Shown one piece after another: positions 1 to 9,333 of a stretch of 64,000 nt of DNA (within the stretch, counting starts at the first letter, position 1; every line of letters begins with the position of its first letter). Source of the stretch: Candidatus Hermodarchaeota archaeon (GTDB lineage: Archaea; Asgardarchaeota; Thorarchaeia; Thorarchaeales; Thorarchaeaceae). The translations under genes and the position numbers were made by a program. The stretch is from contig JBHLLF010000011.1 of assembly GCA_048885865.1 (NCBI GenBank), positions 18,920 to 82,919 on the forward strand. The letters are read 5' to 3'. A model generated the notes under the pieces. The model was not told the DNA's origin, made no database searches, and saw only the letters and a list, made by a program, of their open reading frames with translations.

Positions 1-150
1 TGCAGGTAGTCAATAAAACAGTTAGGTGGAGGTAATCGCCAGAGGTTGGCAATGTAGGGGTGCTCAACTGATTAATGAAAGGTTAGCCCAGCCTCGTTGG
101 CTGGGCTTATGCCTGCCTATTCGCCTGATTGTCTTGGTCTTACTACTGCA
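1..150 (+). ncRNA. Candidate structured RNA of unknown class (may extend beyond the window start)
   Basis: 1-10 pairs with 142-150; 18-30 pairs with 120-132 (13 bp including G-U); hairpins 38-50 and 85-107 (perfect 9 bp); no long ORF. Confidence 0.35.
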
Positions 151-328
151 AAGTATAGAAATTTGCACCCAAAAATCACTCAATAAACCGTTGTAGGCGC
201 TCTTTTCTTGGTGGTGGTTGAATTTTCAGATGTGTTGTTTCTGCTTTCTTTCATTGTGGATATATCAGCGTCAGGCAAATAAGGGCAGAATGCAATACGC
301 CAGATTGCGAGGTAGAGGAACTGTGGCA

Positions 329-1237
329 ATGTCTCCGAGGGAAGAGGTGGCTCCCGTCATCAGAATGCGAATTAGCTTGAATAAGTCGCTGGATGAGGTT
401 TGGGAGAAGTTCATTGATCCAGTCATTATGCTTCAATGGCTTGGAAACGAGATATCTGCCGACATAAGAGCTGGCGGCTCTATCACGTTTCTAGGCAATA
501 ATGCGCCAACGACGTCTGAGCTTGGGAACAAATGGGACATTGAAGAGATCACCGAGAAAAAGGGAATTCTCCTTAGCTGGGATATCATGGGCACGAAGAC
601 GCTCTTCGTGCTGAGATTCCGAGACAGCCCTCGCCGCACTTATCTTGAGCTGAAACATGGTGCAATTCCAGATTCAGCATTGAATTTCCATCTTCCAGAA
701 CACTGGAACATCCTACTAGGCAATTTCAAAGCTGTATTGGAGTTGGGCAGCCCAGCACTGCGATTCGACTACTCGGACTATCGACCCCTTAGGATTACAC
801 GCTATGATCCCAAAGAGGTTCGAATAGGCGTTCACGTCAAAGCACCCCCGTCACTTCCATTTGATGTGTTCACCAATCCAGAAAAGCTGAAACGATTTAT
901 TCGGGCAGATGACCCCAAAATAGACCCCCAATATGCCGGATTATATACCTGGTGGGCAGAGGGCATGGGTCCAGTGGTCTTTACTAAAATGTACCAGGAT
1001 GAAGAGATTGAATTCTCCTGGGTCTATGGGAATGAGCCAGAAACGAAGGTAAACATCCGCTTCGAGGAAATCAATGGTGACACACTTGTTACACTTCATC
1101 ATCACGGGTTCCAACAGCCGGAATCAGTTGTGGGATATAATATCGGCTGGACCAGCATTCTCTGCGAGCTCAAACTGTTCTGTGAGCTTGGCGACTCAGG
1201 TATTGAACGGCTGAGTCGATGGGAGGAGTCCGTCTAG
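329..1237 (+). CDS. Tandem SRPBCC/AHSA1 (START-like) domain protein
   Basis: Two repeats of the SRPBCC pattern (VWEKFIDP..W / FDVFTNPEKL; T.V.L.H.G; W..LL..LK). ATG at 329 preferred over the ORF-track start at 218. Confidence 0.8.
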   Translation: MSPREEVAPVIRMRISLNKSLDEVWEKFIDPVIMLQWLGNEISADIRAGGSITFLGNNAPTTSELGNKWDIEEITEKKGILLSWDIMGTKTLFVLRFRDSPRRTYLELKHGAIPDSALNFHLPEHWNILLGNFKAVLELGSPALRFDYSDYRPLRITRYDPKEVRIGVHVKAPPSLPFDVFTNPEKLKRFIRADDPKIDPQYAGLYTWWAEGMGPVVFTKMYQDEEIEFSWVYGNEPETKVNIRFEEINGDTLVTLHHHGFQQPESVVGYNIGWTSILCELKLFCELGDSGIERLSRWEESV

Positions 1238-1248
1238 TATATTCGGTA

Positions 1249-1995
1249 CTAGACCATCAAGAACCAAAACGCAGTGGTAGGATAGAGAATCTGCCACATC
1301 ACTATTGCAGTTAGAATTGGAATCAAGAAGTTGTCTGTCCAAGCAATACTCAGCAGCTCAATGACCGTTATCACCAATGCTACTGTTGCTATTTGTGGGA
1401 GGACTAGCAACGGGGATGTTCCTGATGGGAAAATCAACATTGCAGTAGCAACTGAAAGGAGAGAAAATGCAAATACGGCAAGAGACCCTTCAAATGATTT
1501 GCCTTTGATTTGTTTCTTGATGAATCGGCAGCCAAACGGTCTTCCAATTACCTCACCAGCTGCATCACCCCAAGAAACCGCTAAAATCGATGCAACGATT
1601 ATTTCTGGCTGTTGAAAGAAGAAGATGAATACCGATCCAAAAGCTATCATCCCCATAAAGCCAGCCGCAAATGTAGCCATTCTTTGATCACTCTGTCTGC
1701 TGCCAGCCAGTAGAAGTTCTTCTATGAGCGTGCTCTTGTGTGCCCATGCGTAGAGAAGTATAGTCAGGAATATGCCCGCCGCCAATGATGGCCCACTTAG
1801 ATTGTTGTAATGCATAACAGTCAGTGCAATGATAGTCCCCATACTTATGTGTACAATCTTGCGGGGCTTCCATTTTGCTACCCCTTGGGCGGCCCACTTG
1901 TACGCAATAGCCAAGACGATGCCTCCCAAGATACCAGTCGAAACGGCCATTATAATGTCAAGTGCATTGGGATCTCCAAAGACTAGCTCCACCAT
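1249..1995 (-). CDS. Dolichol/phytol kinase-like CTP-dependent membrane kinase (cytidylyltransferase family)
   Basis: RKIVH, WGDAAGEVIG, KSFEGS and DNFLIP motifs; polytopic. Confidence 0.85.
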   Translation of the reverse strand: MVELVFGDPNALDIIMAVSTGILGGIVLAIAYKWAAQGVAKWKPRKIVHISMGTIIALTVMHYNNLSGPSLAAGIFLTILLYAWAHKSTLIEELLLAGSRQSDQRMATFAAGFMGMIAFGSVFIFFFQQPEIIVASILAVSWGDAAGEVIGRPFGCRFIKKQIKGKSFEGSLAVFAFSLLSVATAMLIFPSGTSPLLVLPQIATVALVITVIELLSIAWTDNFLIPILTAIVMWQILYPTTAFWFLMV

Positions 1996-2068
1996 AGCAG
2001 ATTTGGAGAGTCAAACGGTCACATTTCTTTCTTGCTAGTCTGCAAGTCTGCTAGCATCTATCATGGTT

Positions 2069-4795
2069 CTAGAACTGACTTCCCCAAGATGCATATCGTT
2101 GTGCTCGTCTAGCGCGCATGATGACGACAATAACAATCACAATGATAACTCCACCACCGACCAATGAGATATTAGCAACAATGAAGTTTACAATCTGATA
2201 GATGATGCCTGTCGAATTCCCCCATGCCGTCGTGGTAGTGGTTTCGGATTCGAATTGGACAATGTAGGTGAAGTTGCCTGAGAAATTCCAGTTTCCTAGT
2301 GTGTCACTTGCATGCACTCCAAAAGTCACATTGGTCCCCGCAGGAAATGTCGGAATGCTGCCAATCCAGATCACGCCGCTCAGAGTCATTGACATCTGGC
2401 CAAATGAGCCGCCATCAAGAAAGTATAGGATGTAAGCTTCTTCGACCCCGCTGGCATCTTCGATGATCGCACTCACGAGAACAGGTTGACGCTGATTTGG
2501 ATTCTCTGGAGTGAAGGTAACAGTAATCTCAGGTCCTTCTTGATCATCACCCGCAGTCACAGTGTATGTAAAATTCCCAGCAGAGTTTCCGTGGCCTAGA
2601 TCATCCACTGCGTAGACCCAGAACAAAACAGTAGTCCCTGTGGGCTGCGCTGGAATATGACCAGACCATATACCTGCTTCATAGTTTAGTTGTATAGTGC
2701 CACCATACTCTTCATCCAATAGAAAAACAATCTCCGCATTTGCGACTCCATCTGGGTCGGAAATGGTTGCAGCAACTGTAACACTCTCATATTCGGTAGG
2801 AGTCTTAGGCCAGTAATCGACATCAATGGCAGGCCCCTCAGATTCATTTAGAACAACATAGGTATAATTGCCAGCAACATTCCAATTGTCAAGAGTATCT
2901 CTGGCATGTACTCCGAAAGACACGACTGTCCCTGCTGGCATTGCTGGAATCGAGCCAGTCCAGAAGAAACCATTTTGAGCTAATGGTACTTCGCCCCATG
3001 TCGAGTTCTCAAGAAACCAGAGTATTAGTGCCTCAGCAACTCCAGAATAATCCTCGATAGTCGCATTCACAAGCACGCTCTGATCTTTAGTAGGCTCTTC
3101 AGGCCAGAAGTAGACATCCAATATGTCAGGTCCATTAAGGTCGTCATCAGTAACGGTGTAGCTATCTAATCCAGTCACTCCCCAGTTGCCTGCTACATCA
3201 GCAGCATAGATTCGATATTCCACAAGCGTCTCATTAGGCTGGCCTGGAATGCTAGCTTCATATTGATTGCCGCCTACTGCAGTCATAGTCATGTTTATTG
3301 GATTCACTCCATTGACGAAGTATTCGAGAATGGCAGTCCCGATATCGCTTGAGTCAGTCACATTTGCAGTAACTATCGCCTCTTGACCAATCATTGGAAA
3401 CCACGGATACCTCCAGGATACAATATCAGGACTCGTAGTGTCGCTGCCTGCGATAATGATGAAGTCGCCTCCGCGCGAACCCCAATTCCCAGCAATATCT
3501 TGAGCCATCACAATGAACTCCACATTGATGGGGGCAGGCTGGCCTGGGATCGTGGCAACGTAGCCATCTACCAACGGGGCCATGGTGATATTGTACCACG
3601 GACCTACACCAACGCGGTATGAAAGCATCACCTGAATGATGCCGTTTCTATCATCTACAAGCGCAGTGATTTGTGTTGGCTGATTAGTAGGAACTACTAT
3701 TGGCGGATCTACAAATGAAATCTCAGGCGGAATCCAATCGTATTTCATTGGAAACCGATCAACTGAGCCTGCCAATCCTTCAATTGGATAGACTCCTGTG
3801 CCATTGTAGTCGCTCCACCTATTGCCAATTGATATGCCATCATCCCAGGTGTTTGAACTGCCATTATCAAACCCATTCCCCCAAGAATTCCATGTGATAT
3901 TATTCAGGAAAATCTGATTGCCTGTGGAATAAAGCCCCAAATGTACACCATAGCCACTCCCATCTATCACGTAATTTGTGTCTATTGTCGAGTCACTTGT
4001 GTTGAATAGATGAATCCCAGCTTCTACTCCCCCACTTCCTCCTCCTGAGCTTCCTGTCACGTTATTTCCAGAAATGAAACAGAACGCGCTCCCAAATAGC
4101 TCGATGCCCACAATTTGATTTCCTACTACCTTGTTGTTCGTTACATAGCAATCATGAGAATCCTGGATGTATGCGCCCCACGAGTTATCGAATAGTCTAT
4201 TTGCTTCCGCATAAACATGGTGAGAAGAGGACACAGAAATCCCATATACTGTGAATTCTACAGTGTTGTTGACAAGCAAGACATCGTAGCTCATCAAAAT
4301 ATTGATGCCGCCAAAGTCACCATTTATTTCATTCCCCGAAACCTCAGATGAGTTGCAATTTCTTATTTCAATAGTGGACGAGTCATTCGAAGCAGCGTAG
4401 GCGACGCAGCTATCGATTATGCCACTCATCATATTAACGAATTTTACCGCACTTCCGGATATACCCATCCTCAATAGCCAGCAATTCTGAATTCTAAAAT
4501 GAACATCTGTGTTGTTGACAATTATCGGTGTCACATCCGATGTGATATTGAAGCCTTCAATGATGTATGGATTGCCAATAGTTCCATTGCCAGGAAAACC
4601 ATAAGATGAGAATGCGCTGTTATTCTGAATGTTGATAGGTTCAAAAGGGGTGTAAGATGCGGACTCGAATTGTCTATTTCGAGCGCTTACACTGGCCACA
4701 TAGCTTGCATGCGGCGAGTCAAAATTCATACTTTGAAGTGACAGGATGGCTATTACAAGCAGGGCTGATATCACGCAGATTGCTCGTTTCCTCAT
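2069..4795 (-). CDS. Cell-surface protein: NosD/right-handed beta-helix, about 5 Ig-like repeats, C-terminal TM anchor
   Basis: Signal peptide; GNGT..NPYIIEG; beta-helix repeats; WDDG..GN.WSDY motif; repeated 'V.A.I.D..GV..A...IP..PAGT.V.F.V.A.D..GN'; Thr run, TM, basic tail. Confidence 0.85.
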   Translation of the reverse strand: MRKRAICVISALLVIAILSLQSMNFDSPHASYVASVSARNRQFESASYTPFEPINIQNNSAFSSYGFPGNGTIGNPYIIEGFNITSDVTPIIVNNTDVHFRIQNCWLLRMGISGSAVKFVNMMSGIIDSCVAYAASNDSSTIEIRNCNSSEVSGNEINGDFGGINILMSYDVLLVNNTVEFTVYGISVSSSHHVYAEANRLFDNSWGAYIQDSHDCYVTNNKVVGNQIVGIELFGSAFCFISGNNVTGSSGGGSGGVEAGIHLFNTSDSTIDTNYVIDGSGYGVHLGLYSTGNQIFLNNITWNSWGNGFDNGSSNTWDDGISIGNRWSDYNGTGVYPIEGLAGSVDRFPMKYDWIPPEISFVDPPIVVPTNQPTQITALVDDRNGIIQVMLSYRVGVGPWYNITMAPLVDGYVATIPGQPAPINVEFIVMAQDIAGNWGSRGGDFIIIAGSDTTSPDIVSWRYPWFPMIGQEAIVTANVTDSSDIGTAILEYFVNGVNPINMTMTAVGGNQYEASIPGQPNETLVEYRIYAADVAGNWGVTGLDSYTVTDDDLNGPDILDVYFWPEEPTKDQSVLVNATIEDYSGVAEALILWFLENSTWGEVPLAQNGFFWTGSIPAMPAGTVVSFGVHARDTLDNWNVAGNYTYVVLNESEGPAIDVDYWPKTPTEYESVTVAATISDPDGVANAEIVFLLDEEYGGTIQLNYEAGIWSGHIPAQPTGTTVLFWVYAVDDLGHGNSAGNFTYTVTAGDDQEGPEITVTFTPENPNQRQPVLVSAIIEDASGVEEAYILYFLDGGSFGQMSMTLSGVIWIGSIPTFPAGTNVTFGVHASDTLGNWNFSGNFTYIVQFESETTTTTAWGNSTGIIYQIVNFIVANISLVGGGVIIVIVIVVIMRARRAQRYASWGSQF

Positions 4796-4870
4796 AACTT
4801 ATACCCCATAGTCTGAGAGATGTGCCCAGCTGGTCTAATTCTAGAAGTAAGATAAATTTAGCGGGATTCT

Positions 4871-5539
4871 ATGCCTCTCCTCGATAAACTTAAGAGAAAG
4901 CCCAAAGCAAATGATTCGAAAGATTATCTCCTCCCAAATTGGGCAATTGACATTGCTAACAAATCAACGAGTTACACTCGTTATGGACGCTTTGAGGCGA
5001 AGAAATTGAAGATGCGTGAGATACTGAGGATTGATGAACGCGGCAGACTTGTCATACCCAAATCTGCCCGAGAGTATCTTGGCATTGAGAATCATATTGA
5101 ACTACTTGAGAAAAGCACCGACACAATCACAATCATAGCAATCATCACTCCAACTGATCGTGCACTAAGGCTGACATCAGTATTTAGTGAAGACCACTCT
5201 ACCACGCCCATAGTTGAAGGAGCTTTGAGAGATGGTGATGATGTAGTCCCTCTCGAAGTCAACAAAGCAGGAAGAATACACACGAGCAGAATTATCCGCA
5301 ATATGCTAGAAATCACCCGCGATTCCTACTTGATAGCCATTCCTTTTGGTAGACAGGATGGTGTAAAGGAGCTTCGCATTATCCCGCTCCTAGATGCCAG
5401 CGAGGCACTGATTGTGCGCATCATAAAGAAAAATGCTGTGGAGTGGAGAATACTCACCCCCATTCCTGATGACCCGGAGGCGCTGAAGAAACGAATCCTC
5501 ATGATGAAGGGTGTTACGAAGGTAGACTTCTATCTTTGA
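4871..5539 (+). CDS. AbrB/MazE/SpoVT-family regulator with two AbrB-like repeats and an ACT-like C-terminus
   Basis: IDERGRLVIPKSAREYLGI; second repeat VNKAGRIHTSRIIRNMLEI; C-terminal LKKRILMMKGVTKVDF. Confidence 0.7.
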   Translation: MPLLDKLKRKPKANDSKDYLLPNWAIDIANKSTSYTRYGRFEAKKLKMREILRIDERGRLVIPKSAREYLGIENHIELLEKSTDTITIIAIITPTDRALRLTSVFSEDHSTTPIVEGALRDGDDVVPLEVNKAGRIHTSRIIRNMLEITRDSYLIAIPFGRQDGVKELRIIPLLDASEALIVRIIKKNAVEWRILTPIPDDPEALKKRILMMKGVTKVDFYL

Positions 5540-5562
5540 CAGGTCAGACGCCCACCCAAAAT

Positions 5563-5608
5563 CTTAAATAGAAGATATTTCCCAGATTGGGATGTCCCAA
5601 ATTGGGAT
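5563..5608 (+). promoter_or_regulatory. TATA box followed by two tandem palindromic operators TCCCA-N3-TGGGA
   Basis: TTAAATA at 5564-5570; TCCCAgatTGGGA at 5580-5592; TCCCAaatTGGGA at 5595-5607. Confidence 0.6.
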
Positions 5609-5614
5609 ACGAAC

Positions 5615-5740
5615 ATGAACGAACTTTGGAATGCAACCTTTCCTTACCTCCTCAAAAGCAAAGCAAATGGTTGGATTTGCAAGGGACCTGGTGGCGATGG
5701 GCCCTGGCCGGGGCTCATTGCCCCTTTACACTGCTTCTAA
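5615..5740 (+). CDS. Putative 41-aa small protein MNELWNATFPYLLKSKANGWICKGPGGDGPWPGLIAPLHCF
   Basis: ATG directly after the TATA box and operators; fits the intergenic gap without overlap; below the ORF-track cutoff. Confidence 0.35.
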   Translation: MNELWNATFPYLLKSKANGWICKGPGGDGPWPGLIAPLHCF

Positions 5741-5757
5741 GAATCAACCAATAACTG

Positions 5758-6735
5758 CTATAGGGTCAGCCATGTTCCTATGCCCTGTTCTATTGCCCGA
5801 TGGTATATCAGCGGTGCCACAGCCATGTCATCCAATGCTAGCCCTAGATTCGCAGTCATATTCTTCTCTTCGCGGGTTTGCCGTCCTGATTTCACCCCTG
5901 CAACGAGCTCACCAAGATCTGCATGGACTGGCGGGATGTTCTGGAAGTAGCCAATCTCCTGGTAGTGTCTAAGCTGGGCAGTGTCATCAGTGCAGAATTT
6001 ACTACTCTCGCAAAGCGCATCTGGATGCCAATAGGAATCAAAGTCCACAAGCGAGGCAAATGCACCCTCGTCCATCCAGCCGGCTTTGATAGTCGCATGA
6101 GGCTTTTTCAGAATTGGTCCAGCTGTTACAATTATGTCGCATCCTGTCACAGCCTGCTTGGGATTATCGACCAATTCAACTTCAAGACCAAACCTATCGC
6201 GTATCTCCTTTGCATAGAGTTTAGCTGAGTTCTTGCTTATGTCGTAGGCCATCACCTTCTCCAGAGGAAATCCCACCGCCAAGGCTTCGACATTGCTTCG
6301 TCCTTGTACACCACATCCCAATACTCCAACTGATGAAGAGTCATTTCTAGCAAGATATTTTGCTGAAATTGCTGTAGCAGCTCCTGTTCTCATTGCTGTT
6401 ATCCAAATGCAGTCCATAACAGATATCGGTAAACCAGTATCTGAATCATTGAGAATCAATAGTCCCGAGATGTATGGAAGCCCTCTCTTCTCGTTCTCAG
6501 GGAAGCCGCTCACCCATTTCATTCCTGCAGATTTTAGGGCAGGGATGTATGCAGGCATTGCATGGATGAAATTGTCTCCGTCTCCGGGATGTATCCCAGG
6601 TTTTGGCGGCATTTCAACGCGCCCTTTCCCCTTCTCTCGAAATGCAACTTCCAACCCGTCCACGATTTCACTCATAGTGAGCCCGGTAGCGATAACGTCG
6701 GCCTGCGAAAGATAGAGCAAACGATTCTCTGACAT
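5758..6735 (-). CDS. Ornithine cyclodeaminase / mu-crystallin (archaeal alanine dehydrogenase-like) family
   Basis: MPAY..GMKWVS, ITAMRTGA, GCGVQG Rossmann motif, GLALDD. Confidence 0.92.
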   Translation of the reverse strand: MSENRLLYLSQADVIATGLTMSEIVDGLEVAFREKGKGRVEMPPKPGIHPGDGDNFIHAMPAYIPALKSAGMKWVSGFPENEKRGLPYISGLLILNDSDTGLPISVMDCIWITAMRTGAATAISAKYLARNDSSSVGVLGCGVQGRSNVEALAVGFPLEKVMAYDISKNSAKLYAKEIRDRFGLEVELVDNPKQAVTGCDIIVTAGPILKKPHATIKAGWMDEGAFASLVDFDSYWHPDALCESSKFCTDDTAQLRHYQEIGYFQNIPPVHADLGELVAGVKSGRQTREEKNMTANLGLALDDMAVAPLIYHRAIEQGIGTWLTL

Positions 6736-6751
6736 ATTAGTTCACATCCTA

Positions 6752-7558
6752 TCAAATCTGTGGATCTCTCTCATCATTTGGATTGAAACCATGGCGTTGG
6801 AGAATGGTAAAGAGAGCATCAGCGGACCACCTGCCTTGGCACATCTTTCTTGAAATGTGCTCACACCAAGAATACTGATCAAAGCCTATGTCATCTTTCC
6901 CTTCCTTCAGTTTGACCTTCGTTCTTTCTTTGACATAGTACCCCTGGGCCAACATCCCTTCATCCATCACTTTCATGCACTCGTCAATGTCACTGTCAGA
7001 GTGATCCAAATATGAGTCCTCAAATGCGCTATACTGAATCGGGAATCGAGGACGAATCTCTGTCTTCTCTGCAGGGTCCGGATATCCCAAGTTCATGCCC
7101 ACAACGGGAAACACACGGTTTGGAATATTGAAAGTCTCGGATATGATATCAGCACGGAGAGGGGCGTTCCCAAGGAGAACAGATCCAAGCCCTAATGCTT
7201 CAGCCGTAAGTGTGAGGTTCTCCACTGCCAAGGTGACATCCTGGATACCAAGCCATAGTGTCATCAGGTCATCGTATTCATAGATGTGCCCGCGTTTGGC
7301 CATAATCTTCTCGAGGCGCCTTACATCGATCAAAAACACCAAGAGCAACGGAGCTGTGGGATATGACCCCATTCTCACCTTCTTCATCTTGGCCTTGTCC
7401 CGAGTATAGACTACCGAACAGAGCTGAGATGCAAATGGAGCTCTCATCCCTGCCTGCAGCACGTTTCTAAGAACCTCATCAGTCACTGGCGTGTCTAGAA
7501 ACCATCGCATCGATCGTCTATTGTTGATAATCTCAAATATCGTCTCTACTTCAGTCAT
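6752..7558 (-). CDS. Nitroreductase, NfsA/Frp-like
   Basis: RRSMR, RAP, AEALGLGSV, GYP..RPRFP; likely start MTEVE at 7558. Confidence 0.88.
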   Translation of the reverse strand: MTEVETIFEIINNRRSMRWFLDTPVTDEVLRNVLQAGMRAPFASQLCSVVYTRDKAKMKKVRMGSYPTAPLLLVFLIDVRRLEKIMAKRGHIYEYDDLMTLWLGIQDVTLAVENLTLTAEALGLGSVLLGNAPLRADIISETFNIPNRVFPVVGMNLGYPDPAEKTEIRPRFPIQYSAFEDSYLDHSDSDIDECMKVMDEGMLAQGYYVKERTKVKLKEGKDDIGFDQYSWCEHISRKMCQGRWSADALFTILQRHGFNPNDERDPQI

Positions 7559-7629
7559 GATAGGAAGTGGGCGTACTTCTAACCTATGAGGGTTACTGAT
7601 TTCACTATGGAAACACAGAATAGCACTCA

Positions 7630-7710
7630 TGAAAGAAAAAGAAGTGTGGGGCACAGATGCACATGCACCCTTGAGCTCACAGCTGAGTGTGCGCGTCTGC
7701 GTTCCACACC
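7630..7710 (-). terminator. Long GC-rich hairpin followed by a U-tract, downstream of the ArsR-GyrI gene
   Basis: Minus strand stems GTGTGG/CCACAC, CGCAGA/TCTGTG, GCGCA/TGTGC, CACTC/GGGTG, then TTCTTTTTCTTT. Confidence 0.55.
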
Positions 7711-7724
7711 ATACTAATTTTGTA

Positions 7725-8588
7725 CTACTTCTTGATCGACCAATACAGATCCAGGATTAGGTCGTCTTCAGACGCACCTGGATCATGTGCTCTCTCAAGG
7801 CATTGCTGATCTCCGAATTCGTACTTGCTGGACTTAATCCAATCACGTAGATATTTCCAAGCACCGATGAAATGATGTCCGTCTTCAAAGATGGGATCCG
7901 CTTTTAGAGGAGTTGTTGTAACAGCGAAAAGGCCGCCTTCGAATTCCTTGATTTCTATGTCGCCTTCAGGCTCAACATAGTCATCTACCTTGATCCAGAA
8001 CTCATAACCATACTCTTCTTTTCCTGGAGACGGTTCTGGGTTGTTGAAACCGAAGACGGGGTTCTTCTTTACATCGTCCAAAAGACCGAGGGGTTCCGCC
8101 CATGCACGCAACTTGTTCCACGCTTCATTCTCCGGAGATTTGCTTATGGCTTGAACACTTGCTACCCGCATCGGTTCAAGCCTTTCTATTCGTACCTCGA
8201 GTTCGTCCATCTTGTCCTTCCTCTTGGTATGTACTCGTTGGATGTAGTCTACCCGACGAGCAGCCTCGTGCTCCTGCCTTCTCCTAGAGGAGGCATATGC
8301 GGCACTGATGGATCTGAGAAAGTCAGCACCATCAGAGCTTATCTTGTAAAGGCCTCGGCTGGCATGAACAATAATGCCGCTCTCTACTAGTCTATTGAGG
8401 TGATGTGCAAGTGCCGTCTTGCTGAGTCCCGTTATCTTAAGCAGCTCACTGAACTCTTGGGGCTCATGATATACAGATGTGAGAATCACCATTCTCGCTT
8501 TGCTCGCAATTGCACTCAGAATTGCAGCGACATCTGCCTCCGATCCAGAGACAGTTTCGCTGACATCATTTTCCTGCTTGTCGGTAAT
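7725..8588 (-). CDS. ArsR-type wHTH fused to a GyrI-like effector-binding domain; probable ATT start at 8588 (first in-frame ATG is at 8492)
   Basis: HTH LSKTALAHHLNRLVESGII; GyrI-like domain from LEPMRVAS; ArsR helix 1 (ILSAIASKAR) lies upstream of the first ATG. Confidence 0.8.
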   Translation of the reverse strand: MTDKQENDVSETVSGSEADVAAILSAIASKARMVILTSVYHEPQEFSELLKITGLSKTALAHHLNRLVESGIIVHASRGLYKISSDGADFLRSISAAYASSRRRQEHEAARRVDYIQRVHTKRKDKMDELEVRIERLEPMRVASVQAISKSPENEAWNKLRAWAEPLGLLDDVKKNPVFGFNNPEPSPGKEEYGYEFWIKVDDYVEPEGDIEIKEFEGGLFAVTTTPLKADPIFEDGHHFIGAWKYLRDWIKSSKYEFGDQQCLERAHDPGASEDDLILDLYWSIKK

Positions 8589-8673
8589 GAGACCCCACCC
8601 ATATGAGTCGCGGATGTAATGCCTATTAAATATTTTGCTGAACTATAGTACTAATTTTACTGAACAGTTATTG

Positions 8674-9240
8674 TCACTTGTCGATAAAGGAAAGCGTATC
8701 CCATTCCTCTATGGTTTCGAACATGGATTTGGATAATGATCTAATCTTATCATAAATCGACTTTGCAGTGGCCGTCTGGAGCAAAGAAGCCATCTGCTTT
8801 TGAATCTCTTCGGCTTCTCGAAATGCGACTCTGAAATCAATGTTCTTCTTTCGAGTCCGATAGACAACCTCTCTGACCAATCCGTAGGGTCCTAAAGTCT
8901 GGAGCTTATCCGCATCAAAGACAACTTTGGCTTCTATGGTTCGTGCGGTATGTATCGTTGCTGGCTCTATGCATCTTACACAATGAACGATTCTATCAAT
9001 CATATTGGGAGAGACATTTATGCTAATGAGAAACTCATTGACTTGGCCAGCCCCCTCAGGGTGAAACTGGTGTAGGAGTGCACCCATTCTGGCAATGAGC
9101 TCATCCGCCCCTTCCTTTCTGGCTAGGTAGCTGGATAGGCTAGCTGTCTTTTCACAATGATCTGCTCCATGTGTATCATCTAGTGACCGATACTTCTTCA
9201 GAGCAAATTCCTCTATCAGTGCCAACTGTCGGTCTGTCAT
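8674..9240 (-). CDS. HD-domain phosphohydrolase-like protein (HQ instead of HD)
   Basis: THGADH, ALLHQ, DADKL..LG. Confidence 0.75.
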   Translation of the reverse strand: MTDRQLALIEEFALKKYRSLDDTHGADHCEKTASLSSYLARKEGADELIARMGALLHQFHPEGAGQVNEFLISINVSPNMIDRIVHCVRCIEPATIHTARTIEAKVVFDADKLQTLGPYGLVREVVYRTRKKNIDFRVAFREAEEIQKQMASLLQTATAKSIYDKIRSLSKSMFETIEEWDTLSFIDK

Positions 9241-9333
9241 CTGCACCGTTCTGCACCCCTATCGTCTGGCGAACGATAGCACGAATCTATCCAGTGCTGT
9301 ATCTCATATATCCTCGTAATACTATATTGAGGA

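Noticed and set aside
54-120. TPP riboswitch resemblance (TAGGGGTGC…CTGA)
   Set aside because: Lacks the conserved CTGAGA and ACCTGAT…GCGNAGG elements
5692-5725. Fluoride riboswitch-like GGCGATGG
   Set aside because: No closing CGCC pairing and no downstream GCTRATG pseudoknot partner
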